Shown here in pieces: positions 17,594-26,638 of a stretch of 35,921 nt of DNA. Below the pieces are notes generated by a model. That model worked only from the letters and a program-made list of their open reading frames with translations, was not told where the DNA came from and made no database searches. The translations under genes and the position numbers were made by a program. Source of the DNA: an uncultured bacterium (GTDB lineage Bacteria; SAR324; NAC60-12). Position 1 is the first letter of the stretch. Each line of letters opens with the position of its first letter. Where the stretch lies: NCBI GenBank assembly GCA_964010765.1, contig CAXGMD010000031.1, positions 1 through 35,921 on the forward strand, written 5' to 3'.

Positions 17594-19276
17594 ATGCAAT
17601 CAGAAATTAGAAGAAGAAGCCGAGTAGTTCGTATTGGAGACGTCTTGGTTGGTGGCCAAGAGCCTATTCGTATTCAGTCCATGTTGACCTGTGATACCTG
17701 CGATTTGCCAAAAGTTATTGAAGAAATGGAGGAATTAGTTGAAGCAGGCTGTGAAATTATCCGAGTCACAGTCCCTAATCATAAATCTGTGGAGGCACTT
17801 CCGAAAATAAGAGAATTAATGGTCAATCGAGGGATCAATACTCCTTTGGTTGCTGATATTCATTTCAATCCTCAACTAGCAGTAAATGCAGCAGAATTTG
17901 TGGAGAAGGTCCGAATTAATCCTGGAAACTATGCTGACAAGAAAAGATTTGAAATAAGGGAATATTCTGAAGCTCAGTACCAAGATGAGTTGCAACGATT
18001 AGAAGAAAAACTCCTCCCATTAATTAAGCAACTTCAGAAATATGATAGGAGTCTCAGGATCGGTACTAATCATGGTTCTCTTTCAGACCGTGTGATGAAC
18101 CGATTTGGCGATACTCCTGAAGGTATGGCTGAATCTGCGATGGAATTTTTACGAATACTAGAAAAGCATCAATATTTTGAGACAGTCATCTCGATGAAAG
18201 CATCGAACCCCATCGTGATGAGGGCAGCCTATCAAGAAGTTGTCAGAAAAATGAATCTTGAAAAGATGAATTACCCATTACATCTAGGTGTTACAGAAGC
18301 TGGAAACGGGATTGATGGTAGGGTGAAAAGTGCCTTGGGAATTGGCTCTCTTCTGTTAGATGGGATTGGTGATACAATCAGAGTTTCCCTGACTGAACCA
18401 GCAATGCATGAAATTCCCGCCGCCAGAAGCATTTTGAATGGTATCAAAAAGTTTGCACGAAAAGCTGTACCCACCCAATTCAAAAGGCAGTCAAAGATCA
18501 TCTCTAATGAGATAGAATTTGATGGGACCAAACTTGGTGGAGAATCTCCGCTCCGCCTTATAGGTATTTCTGATTTTGTTTTGGAGGACTTTCCTTCGGA
18601 ACCATTCGATAAGGTTTGGAATCAGAAACAATGGGAATCAGAAATTCTTCCTAATCTCCACTCTTTTGATTCTAGGAACCCAAACACTCGCAATAAAGCA
18701 ATCCTTGTTGAAAGCGATGAGCTAAATATTGATAGAATCCGTGAATTCAGAGAGATTTCAGTTACTAAAGGACTCAAGCCCGTTTTCCTCGTAAAATTAG
18801 CTCTGACTGAAGATGAGGATGAACTGATGGGCTTGGCTGCGAACTTGGGGACCCTGATTCTTGAAAATGCGCTGCATGGTCTAATTGTGCCAACCACAAA
18901 TCAAAATGACCCTACGCTTGAGATGATCCTTTCATTGCTCCAGGCCGCTAGGGTGAAAACATTTAAAGCTGATTTCATTTCATGTCCATCTTGTGGTCGA
19001 ACTCACTTTGACCTTCAGACAGCAACAGCGAAGATCAAAATGAAAACAGAACACCTTAGGGGTGTCAAAATTGGGATAATGGGGTGTGTGGTGAATGGTC
19101 CCGGTGAAATGGCTGATGCCGATTTCGGGTATGTTGGCTCTGGATTTGGGAAGATCAGTTTGTATAAGGGACAGAACTGTGTACGAAAAAATATTCCGGA
19201 GGAAAAAGCAGTGGATTATTTAATTGAACTAATACAAGAACACGGAATGTGGCAGGATCAACCAGAGACGAATTAG
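17594..19276 (+). CDS. ispG: (E)-4-hydroxy-3-methylbut-2-enyl diphosphate synthase IspG/GcpE, long form
   Basis: PIRIQSM, PLVADIHF, RINPGN, RIGTNHGSL, PLHLGVTEAG, GIGDTIRVSLT, SCPSCGR and MGCVVNGPGE. Confidence 0.97.
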   Translation: MQSEIRRRSRVVRIGDVLVGGQEPIRIQSMLTCDTCDLPKVIEEMEELVEAGCEIIRVTVPNHKSVEALPKIRELMVNRGINTPLVADIHFNPQLAVNAAEFVEKVRINPGNYADKKRFEIREYSEAQYQDELQRLEEKLLPLIKQLQKYDRSLRIGTNHGSLSDRVMNRFGDTPEGMAESAMEFLRILEKHQYFETVISMKASNPIVMRAAYQEVVRKMNLEKMNYPLHLGVTEAGNGIDGRVKSALGIGSLLLDGIGDTIRVSLTEPAMHEIPAARSILNGIKKFARKAVPTQFKRQSKIISNEIEFDGTKLGGESPLRLIGISDFVLEDFPSEPFDKVWNQKQWESEILPNLHSFDSRNPNTRNKAILVESDELNIDRIREFREISVTKGLKPVFLVKLALTEDEDELMGLAANLGTLILENALHGLIVPTTNQNDPTLEMILSLLQAARVKTFKADFISCPSCGRTHFDLQTATAKIKMKTEHLRGVKIGIMGCVVNGPGEMADADFGYVGSGFGKISLYKGQNCVRKNIPEEKAVDYLIELIQEHGMWQDQPETN

Positions 19277-19382
19277 AAGTTTTGATTTCAGTGTGTTAAG
19301 AGGAATTTAGGAAGAAACTTCAAGAACTTCCAACCAAATCAGAGAATTCGCTGTAGATCCTGAGCGGATTCATCAACTTGCT

Positions 19383-19628
19383 TTAACTCTTTCGCAGTCC
19401 ATCAATGACAAAATACGATTGCAGTGGGTAGCGGTTATGCCTGAATGTACGTCCACTCCAGTTATTGTATCCCTCTACAAATTCTCTTAACCACATCAGC
19501 TTATTAGCGCTTTTGGAAAGTTTTGGGCTTTCTTGGGAATCTGCATAGACCTGTAGATCAGCTTCCAAAAAATTTCTTTCCTGGTGGTCCAAAAGCCTTT
19601 GATTCAAAGCAATTCCGTCCAGTCTCAT
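19383..19628 (-). CDS. Hypothetical protein (81 aa; possibly the 3' part of a frameshifted gene starting at 19675)
   Basis: The only sizeable ORF in this intergenic gap, with an AT-rich promoter-like region upstream. No recognisable motif. Confidence 0.5.
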   Translation of the reverse strand: MRLDGIALNQRLLDHQERNFLEADLQVYADSQESPKLSKSANKLMWLREFVEGYNNWSGRTFRHNRYPLQSYFVIDGLRKS

Positions 19629-19815
19629 TGATCTTTCTCAGTTAGTTCCAGTTTATTCACTTGGAAAAAATACATGACTTATTCATTTCAAGTCTAATTT
19701 GATTCTTAATTGTTAGTGTTTTCTTCTGAAAACAAACTAATTTTGATAAATAAGTGCTTAAATTGCAAATAATTATTTAAAAAAATTTTAAAATAGCTTT
19801 GTAGAACTGCCTCTC

Positions 19816-20481
19816 TTATCTCCAGCAGATCGTCCAGAGCCAATTCTGATCAATGCCCCAATAACCTATTGTCGCGTCAAGTGAAAATTCTGTTCCGAGT
19901 GGAAATTCCCAGTGAGCGGTCCATTTACTTGATTCCCATTTTAGAGACACGTTCTTAAATCGCAGAAGATTCCTGGGAATTTTCCCAAAGTAGCATTTAT
20001 ATAATGATTCTTTTGCTGAGAAGGTCAGGAGCAGTCTGACGGCGCGATTTTCTAGGTGGAGCGTATGTAAATCCTCAGATTCATCCTGAGTACAAATATG
20101 GCTTTCAATTCTTAGATCTATTGTTCGGTTCGCTTTTTCTAAGTCCACACCCAAGCCGAGAATTCGTGGACTATCACCAACCACCGCCAGAGCTGATCCA
20201 GAAGAATGCGATAGGCTGCCTGTTATACCTTTTGGCCAAACAGGAGTTTTTGTAATTGGGTCTCTCTCGATCCAAGTCGTCGGATATCCCAATGAGCCTA
20301 GTGCGTCTTTAATTGCTAAGCGACCAAGCAGATACTCTTGTTTTCTATTCTGAGAAAGACCAAAAGTTACTTCAGGAAGTTTTTCGGGAGGAAGATTTTT
20401 GAGTTGATGAAGAGAGGTGGTTGCGTATCTATAACGGCAAGACTGATTTGCCAGCAGTTCAGAAAGCGAATTGAAGTCCAA
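19816..20481 (-). CDS. 4'-phosphopantetheinyl transferase (EntD/Sfp type)
   Basis: RKQEYLLGR, PVWPKGITGSLSHS, GLGVDLE and FSAKESLYKC. Confidence 0.9.
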   Translation of the reverse strand: MDFNSLSELLANQSCRYRYATTSLHQLKNLPPEKLPEVTFGLSQNRKQEYLLGRLAIKDALGSLGYPTTWIERDPITKTPVWPKGITGSLSHSSGSALAVVGDSPRILGLGVDLEKANRTIDLRIESHICTQDESEDLHTLHLENRAVRLLLTFSAKESLYKCYFGKIPRNLLRFKNVSLKWESSKWTAHWEFPLGTEFSLDATIGYWGIDQNWLWTICWR

Positions 20482-21052
20482 CAGTTGTTAATGTTCCTGT
20501 ATAATCTTTTTCTGTATCGACAGAATCAACACCCGGTTCTATCGTGGACCAAGAATTTCCAGAATCTATTTTGGAAGCAACTTTTATGGCGTGAATACCT
20601 AGGTGAAATTCGATAAAATTCCAAAACGGTAAGCCCACTCTTGTAAAGCCTTCAACCACTGGTTTTGATACTGAGGGTTTATTCCCATATCCTGTTAAAG
20701 AAGATTCTACCTTCACTTCTCCAATACCAGCACCTAGGGAGACTGCTACCACAGGGAAAGGGATATTGAAGAAAATATTATAAGAAGTGATTGTAACATC
20801 ACTGTTCAACTGAACACTTGCAGAAACATCCACCGATTCTTCTTTAAATTTCACCTGAGTATATCCAAAATTCGGGACAAACCCAATTGGGTGGATAATC
20901 CCCACCGCACCCCCGGTCACTTTATCAGGTGCCACTGTGTAGTCCACAGCAGTATCCACACTAAACCCGAAGAATTGAGCTTGAGCGGTTCCTGCCCCAA
21001 ATCCAATAATAAGGAGTGCAACTAAGAATTTAATTTTATTTTTCAGTTTCAA
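20459..21052 (-). CDS. Outer-membrane beta-barrel protein (small, 8-strand-like)
   Basis: Signal peptide ending AQA, alternating amphipathic strands, SLGAGIG and C-terminal VGLQFAF. Confidence 0.75.
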   Translation of the reverse strand: MKLKNKIKFLVALLIIGFGAGTAQAQFFGFSVDTAVDYTVAPDKVTGGAVGIIHPIGFVPNFGYTQVKFKEESVDVSASVQLNSDVTITSYNIFFNIPFPVVAVSLGAGIGEVKVESSLTGYGNKPSVSKPVVEGFTRVGLPFWNFIEFHLGIHAIKVASKIDSGNSWSTIEPGVDSVDTEKDYTGTLTTVGLQFAF

Positions 21053-21060
21053 TTCAATAC

Positions 21061-21621
21061 TCAGAAACCAATTTTGATGCCAGCCGTCCAGACTGTGCCT
21101 GATGGGTCATTCTCCGCAATGACAGTATCACTTGAATCTTTAACATCCACCTTGTTCGCATTAATAAGCTGGTAGCCAACGTGGACATCGAAAAGTGGGA
21201 GAATTGGGTAGCCCAGTGTTGCAAAGAAACTTGTTGCCGCTGAATCATCTGCTGTTAATTTGGTTCCATTACTCAACTCATCCTCCCCAGTCACCATTCC
21301 TGCACCGGCGCCCAACGCGATATTAATCACTGGAACTGGAAGATTCACAAATACGCTAACAATCTGATAAGTATCTTTAGAATCAACAGAATCACTTGAG
21401 TAGGATACTTCATAGGTCTCATATGCTATTCCCAGCGGAAGTATGAACAAACTGAGACCTACGCGAGCGCCTGAAATTGAATCTGGATTGTCTGCACCCT
21501 CTTGGGTTGGGCTGAAGGATAGAGGTATGTCAGCGTGCACCGACAACAAGTCTGCTTTTGCTGGAACTGTCCACAACATCAGGGCCAGCAGCAGTGGTAA
21601 AGACGTTAAAAACTTTCGCAT
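21061..21621 (-). CDS. Outer-membrane beta-barrel protein, paralog of the downstream gene
   Basis: ATG 21621 follows GGAG and forms a TGATG overlap with the upstream stop. Signal peptide ending AKA, ALGAGAG and C-terminal AGIKIGF. Confidence 0.78.
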   Translation of the reverse strand: MRKFLTSLPLLLALMLWTVPAKADLLSVHADIPLSFSPTQEGADNPDSISGARVGLSLFILPLGIAYETYEVSYSSDSVDSKDTYQIVSVFVNLPVPVINIALGAGAGMVTGEDELSNGTKLTADDSAATSFFATLGYPILPLFDVHVGYQLINANKVDVKDSSDTVIAENDPSGTVWTAGIKIGF

Positions 21622-21971
21622 CAATTCTCCAATTCCAAAGCTACTGTTTCTGAGGTGGGATTGGTTTTCCAATCATCAAACTTTCCCATGGGTCTTGTGA
21701 AAGTGAACTCCAACGGTTCAATCACAAGCGCATTCCAAGTGTCTTCAAGGCTACCTGAAATCAGAGCAAATGGGCTTGCTACAACAAATATAGTACTTGA
21801 GACAACCGTTAAACCCACCCCCAGGATTCTCACTGGGACATCCACCATAATTGCTGTTGAAGAAGGTGGATCACTCTTCGTCAATGCAAAACAGTTTAGG
21901 CTCACTGATGCAAGAAGCAGACTAATAATGAGTGTTTTACGCCAATGTAAATCCATCATGCTTTTACTCAC
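21621..21971 (-). CDS. Small exported/membrane hypothetical protein with conserved-looking PxxFTFTRPMG motif
   Basis: Signal-like N-terminus and hydrophobic DVPVRILGVGLTVV...SPFALISG segment. It overlaps both neighbours. Confidence 0.75.
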   Translation of the reverse strand: MSKSMMDLHWRKTLIISLLLASVSLNCFALTKSDPPSSTAIMVDVPVRILGVGLTVVSSTIFVVASPFALISGSLEDTWNALVIEPLEFTFTRPMGKFDDWKTNPTSETVALELEN

Positions 21972-22980
21972 TTATCGTGAAACAGCTAAAAACAGGAGCA
22001 TGGTCTGAGGGTTTAGCTTTAGAACGATTTTCAAGATCGATGTAGCTCTGGGTAGCTTGTTCAAGTAAATACCCAGACGACAAGATGTGATCAATTCTCA
22101 TCCCATCGTTTCTTTCAAACCCTCTGGTCCGGTAATCCCACCAACTATACTGACCATGCTCCTTATTAAATTTCCTAAAGACATCGTGCAATCCTAGAGC
22201 CAGAAGATGTTGGAATGCCGCTCTTTCCTCTGGTCTGAAACTAACCATGTCTTTCATTGCAACTGGATCGGGAACATCAATTTCTTCAGGAGCAATATTT
22301 AAATCACCTAGGACGATTAGTTTTTCACTTGGATAATCTGACAACTCAGCAGTCAACTGTTCTAGAAATTCTAATTTGTAGGTGAATTTTTCTGAAGTTA
22401 CTGATTGTCCCTGGGGTAGATATACGTTGATGAACCAGATCCCTCTCAATTGAATGCTGATCAAACGGCAGTTTTCAGGATCGTAGCCATTTTGGAAACC
22501 AATTCGAATCTTATCTGGAACCTCTTTGGATAGGAATGCAACCCCGTTATAACTTTTTTGACCACTGAATACTGAATGATATCCAGCTTGCTGAAGATCA
22601 AAAATTGGGAAATTAACATCCTCCACCTTTGTCTCCTGCAATGCCACTAAATCTGGCTGCTTTTCAGCCAACCATTCCAAAAGCAGCTGCAGTCGACTTC
22701 GTATCGAATTTATATTCCAGGTGACGACGGTAAACTCTTTTTCCTTTTCAGATGTTGTATCAGTGATTTGTAGAATGTCATCTGGGAGGAGACACGAGTC
22801 GGGTTTATAAATGGCAATTTGGCTTGGTGAACTAGTTTTTCCCCACGTGCGGTTGACGGTGAGAGTCCCTTTTCGCCAAGCCTCATAGAGTGCGGAGAGA
22901 GTGTATGGATTCCTTAACGTATTTTGAACTTCTTGAACCTTTTTGGGCTCTTTCAGCAAAGAATTAAGTGACTCATTCAC
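21964..22980 (-). CDS. xth: Exodeoxyribonuclease III with N-terminal extension
   Basis: TWNINSIR, LQETK, GQKSYNGVA, VYLPQG, GDLNIAP, YSWWDYR, RIDHIL and PSDHAPV. Confidence 0.95.
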   Translation of the reverse strand: MNESLNSLLKEPKKVQEVQNTLRNPYTLSALYEAWRKGTLTVNRTWGKTSSPSQIAIYKPDSCLLPDDILQITDTTSEKEKEFTVVTWNINSIRSRLQLLLEWLAEKQPDLVALQETKVEDVNFPIFDLQQAGYHSVFSGQKSYNGVAFLSKEVPDKIRIGFQNGYDPENCRLISIQLRGIWFINVYLPQGQSVTSEKFTYKLEFLEQLTAELSDYPSEKLIVLGDLNIAPEEIDVPDPVAMKDMVSFRPEERAAFQHLLALGLHDVFRKFNKEHGQYSWWDYRTRGFERNDGMRIDHILSSGYLLEQATQSYIDLENRSKAKPSDHAPVFSCFTISE

Positions 22981-23132
22981 TCTTCGCTGACTTCAGCTTT
23001 AGTTTCGGATGCATCGAGAGCTTGTAAAACCGTAATATTTTCACGAATTCTCTTCTCATTTTTTTTCAGATTCTCTTTGTTAGCCGTATGCTTATTTTTT
23101 CGTATGGCTTTGGTTCGTTTTTTTGGTGACAT
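22977..23132 (-). CDS. Small basic protein (51 aa) absent from the ORF track: MSPKKRTKAIRKNKHTANKENLKKNEKRIRENITVLQALDASETKAEVSEE
   Basis: Translated by hand. Strong AGGAG RBS, and its TGA overlaps the GTG start of xth (GTGA). Confidence 0.8.
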   Translation of the reverse strand: MSPKKRTKAIRKNKHTANKENLKKNEKRIRENITVLQALDASETKAEVSEE

Positions 23133-23174
23133 CGATACTCCTAATTTGGAGGGGTTTAGTAAATTATCCCTTGA

Positions 23175-24464
23175 TCAGCGTTGATTCATTGGGACATAGG
23201 TTCTGGCGTTTTCGCCAATGTAAATCTGTCTTGGCCTAGCAATTCTGGTTTGAGAGTCTTCATGCATCTCCTTCCACTGTGCGATCCACCCTGGAATGCG
23301 TCCTAAGGCAAACATCACCGTAAACATATTACTTGGAAGACCAATCGCTCGGTAGATAATTCCGCTATAGAAATCAATGTTTGGATAAAGCTTTCTTTCA
23401 ACAAAATAGCTGTCTGACAAAGCTCGCTCTTCAAGTCTTTTAGCGATTTCAAGTAGAGGATCTTGCACTCCGAGCTTGCTCAAAATTCTATCACAATGCT
23501 CCTTAATAATTTTGGCTCTGGGATCATAGTTTTTGTAAACTCTGTGACCAAAACCCATCAATCTAAAGGAGTCATTTGGGTCCTTGGCTCGCTTCACAAA
23601 GCTATCAATGTCTCCACCCTGCTCATGAATTTGCATTAGCATATCAAGAACTTGTTGATTTGCTCCCCCATGCAATGGGCCCCACAATGCCAAAATACCT
23701 GATGCAACGGAAGCATAGACATTAGCCTGACTTGATCCCACAACGCGTACAGTCGAAGCTGAACAATTCTGTTCATGATCTGCATGCAATATCAACAATA
23801 GATCCATCGCTTTGACATGATCCTCATCGACCTCATAGGGTTGAGCCGGCACCGAAAACATCATGTTTAGAAAATTAGCGCAATAGGGAAGACTATCGAG
23901 TGGATATACGAAGGGTTGGCCAATTGATTTTTTGTATGAAAAAGCAGCAATTGTCCTTACTTTGGCCATAATTCGAGCGGAGTTAATATGCAGGTCCTTA
24001 ACGGATGCGCGACCAGACGCTTCAGAATAGTAAGCGGATAGTGAAGCAACCATTGCTGAGAGCGAAACCATCGGATGAGCCGTACTAGAAAAACCATCGT
24101 AAAAATGCCGCATATCCTCATGAATCATCGAATGATTCGATAATTTTCTTGAAAATTCAGTCAACTGTGACTGATCCGGCAAATTACCATGAATTAACAG
24201 GTAAGCCACTTCTATAAATGTGGATTTCTGGGCCAGTTCCTCAATGGGATATCCCCTATATCTGAGGATTCCTTTTTCACCATCTAGGTAAGTAATGGAG
24301 CTTGAACACGCTCCAGTGTTTACGAACCCAGGGTCCAAAGTGATATATCCTGACTTAGCTCGTAATGAAGATATATCGAGCGCCTTTTCGTTTTCAGACC
24401 CCGTAATGATTGGAATCTCTAGAGGCTCCTGACCAGGCAAATAAAGTGTGGCAGAATTTTTCAT
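23175..24464 (-). CDS. gltA: Citrate synthase (type II)
   Basis: DPGF, LRYRGYPIEELA, LHADHEQNCS, WGPLHGGAN, MGFGHRVYKNYDPRA and YPNIDFYSG. Confidence 0.98.
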   Translation of the reverse strand: MKNSATLYLPGQEPLEIPIITGSENEKALDISSLRAKSGYITLDPGFVNTGACSSSITYLDGEKGILRYRGYPIEELAQKSTFIEVAYLLIHGNLPDQSQLTEFSRKLSNHSMIHEDMRHFYDGFSSTAHPMVSLSAMVASLSAYYSEASGRASVKDLHINSARIMAKVRTIAAFSYKKSIGQPFVYPLDSLPYCANFLNMMFSVPAQPYEVDEDHVKAMDLLLILHADHEQNCSASTVRVVGSSQANVYASVASGILALWGPLHGGANQQVLDMLMQIHEQGGDIDSFVKRAKDPNDSFRLMGFGHRVYKNYDPRAKIIKEHCDRILSKLGVQDPLLEIAKRLEERALSDSYFVERKLYPNIDFYSGIIYRAIGLPSNMFTVMFALGRIPGWIAQWKEMHEDSQTRIARPRQIYIGENARTYVPMNQR

Positions 24465-24520
24465 TAAATTTATGGGGTGTAGTCGTTGATTTGAATCGGG
24501 GTAAACTCTCTATCTAAATT

Positions 24521-25444
24521 TCAACTCCTGAACCAGCGATCCAACATCAAAAGAATCGCCTTTTGGGCATGAAGTCTGTTCTCTGCTTGATCCAAGACGA
24601 TAGATTGAGGACCATCCAGCATTTCTGAAGTAATTTCCCAACCACGTTCTGCAGGTAGACAATGCATGATCTTCGCTCCTGAGGCCGCTTTTGACAGGAT
24701 ATGGGAATTGATCTGATATGGCATCAAGAGTTTTCTCCTTTCGTCAGCCTTCTCTTTTTCTCCCATGCTGGCCCAGACATCTGTGTATAAAATCTTTGCG
24801 CCCCGAACTGCTTCAACAGGGTCATTAATTACCCTCACATCTGAAATATCTTGTTGCTTGGAATATTGAACCAATTCCATATCTGGTAAGGTTGTCTCAG
24901 TCGTTCCGATAGTAAACTTAATAGGAACTCTTGAAGCAAAATTTAACCAACTGTGAACAATGTTGTTTCCATCTCCTAGGTAACAGATCGGGGTTTTTGA
25001 CAGATCTTTGAAATGTTCTTGGATGGTCATTACATCAGCAAGTATCTGGCACGGATGGCAAAAATTTGTGAGCATATTAACCACAGGGACTGATGCGTTC
25101 TCTCCCAATTCCTCAACAAGATTATGCGAATAAGTTCTAATCAAAATTCCATCAACATACCTCGATAAGACCTTGGCTGTATCGGCAACCGATTCTCGTT
25201 CGCCAAGTTTAAAGTCCTGATCAGTCAAGTACATACTACTACCTCCCAATTGACTGATACCCACCTCAAATGAGACCCTGGTGCGAAGCGAATTCTTATG
25301 GAAAATCAGTGCATAACTTTTTCCTGCTAATGCCTTACTGTAGGGGCCCATTGGTCCTGCAGCTTTCAATTCTGCAGCCAGACCTAAACAATCTAAAAGC
25401 TCTTGTTGTGTCCAATCTCTGAGACTAAGTAGATCCCGTTTCAT
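24521..25444 (-). CDS. argF: Ornithine carbamoyltransferase
   Basis: SLRTRVSFE, HPCQILAD, GDGNNI, TDVWASMG, HCLPAERG and QAENRLHAQKA. Confidence 0.95.
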   Translation of the reverse strand: MKRDLLSLRDWTQQELLDCLGLAAELKAAGPMGPYSKALAGKSYALIFHKNSLRTRVSFEVGISQLGGSSMYLTDQDFKLGERESVADTAKVLSRYVDGILIRTYSHNLVEELGENASVPVVNMLTNFCHPCQILADVMTIQEHFKDLSKTPICYLGDGNNIVHSWLNFASRVPIKFTIGTTETTLPDMELVQYSKQQDISDVRVINDPVEAVRGAKILYTDVWASMGEKEKADERRKLLMPYQINSHILSKAASGAKIMHCLPAERGWEITSEMLDGPQSIVLDQAENRLHAQKAILLMLDRWFRS

Positions 25445-25453
25445 TATGAATGA

Positions 25454-26638
25454 TCAAGTAGTGTAGTAAGCATTTTCAGCAACATAACCCTCTGACAAAT
25501 CACACCCCCAAACTCTTTCGGTAGATGTTCCCATTCCAAGTTCAATCTCAATGAAGACTTCCTTTGCTTGAAGAAGTGGCCGTAAGGCTTCAACTAGAGC
25601 CATATCTTCAGAGTGCTGAGCATCTAGACAAACTCTCTTTGCACCCTTACCAAAATAAATTTTTAAGTTCTCCAACGGAATTGGGAAATCAAAAACTTTC
25701 CCGATTGCCATGACGAATCGTCCCCAATTGGGATCTGCTCCGTAAATTGCGGTTTTGACCAAGGGTGAGTTGATTACAGATTTCGCAAACAGAAGTGCCG
25801 ATTTATCGTCTTGGGCCCCACTGATTTTCAATTCAATCAACTTTGTGGCCCCTTCTCCGTCTTGAACAATCTGCTTCGCCAAGTCGCAACAAAGTTCATT
25901 GAGAGCAATTTGAAAGTCTTTTCGATCAGTTCTCTGATGACCTGCACTTAGTAAAACAACGGTATCGCTTGTTGATGTATCCGTATCAATCGAAATTCGG
26001 TTGAAACTCTGATTCACCGCATATTGAAGTGCTGTCCGCAACTCATTCGAGTCTAAGTCTCCATCAGTCACAATGTATGAGAGCATTGTAGCCATGTTGG
26101 GTTCAACCATCCCTGCGCCTTTTGCAATTCCGAGAACTTTCGTTCCATCTTCGAGAACAATATGAGCAAATTTTGGATGATGATCCGTAGTCATAATGGC
26201 TTTGGCAAATTTCTCACTATATTCAACCTCTTCACCAAGTTGGTTAGCCAGTATCTTACAACCAGTTCTGATTTTAGTTGTATCAAGAGGGCGTCCAATG
26301 ACACCCGTTGAAGAGGGCAAAATCATTTCAGGTGAAATATTCAATTCCTCCCCAAGCCAAAGGCAAGTATTTCGAGATGCCTCTATGCCAGCAGCTCCAG
26401 TTGCAACATTCGCGTTCTTGGAATTCACCACGATTGCCTGAAGTTTCCCATCAGCGACATGATCCCGGCCAACAATCACAGGTGCACCTGGGAAATTGTT
26501 TTTGGTGAACACTGCTGCTGCAGCACATGGGCTATTCGCAACGATTCCACCAAAATCGAGGCTCTCGTTTTTCAGGCCAATATTCACCCCACCAAAACGA
26601 AAACCTGTAACCGGAATCAATTCACGTGAAATTTTCAT
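25454..26638 (-). CDS. argJ: Glutamate N-acetyltransferase/ornithine acetyltransferase ArgJ
   Basis: NANVATG, STGVIG, IMTTD, KGAGMVEPNMATML, DTSTSD and DGEGATK. Start reassigned to ATG 26638 (ATGA overlap with the serS stop). Confidence 0.96.
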   Translation of the reverse strand: MKISRELIPVTGFRFGGVNIGLKNESLDFGGIVANSPCAAAAVFTKNNFPGAPVIVGRDHVADGKLQAIVVNSKNANVATGAAGIEASRNTCLWLGEELNISPEMILPSSTGVIGRPLDTTKIRTGCKILANQLGEEVEYSEKFAKAIMTTDHHPKFAHIVLEDGTKVLGIAKGAGMVEPNMATMLSYIVTDGDLDSNELRTALQYAVNQSFNRISIDTDTSTSDTVVLLSAGHQRTDRKDFQIALNELCCDLAKQIVQDGEGATKLIELKISGAQDDKSALLFAKSVINSPLVKTAIYGADPNWGRFVMAIGKVFDFPIPLENLKIYFGKGAKRVCLDAQHSEDMALVEALRPLLQAKEVFIEIELGMGTSTERVWGCDLSEGYVAENAYYTT

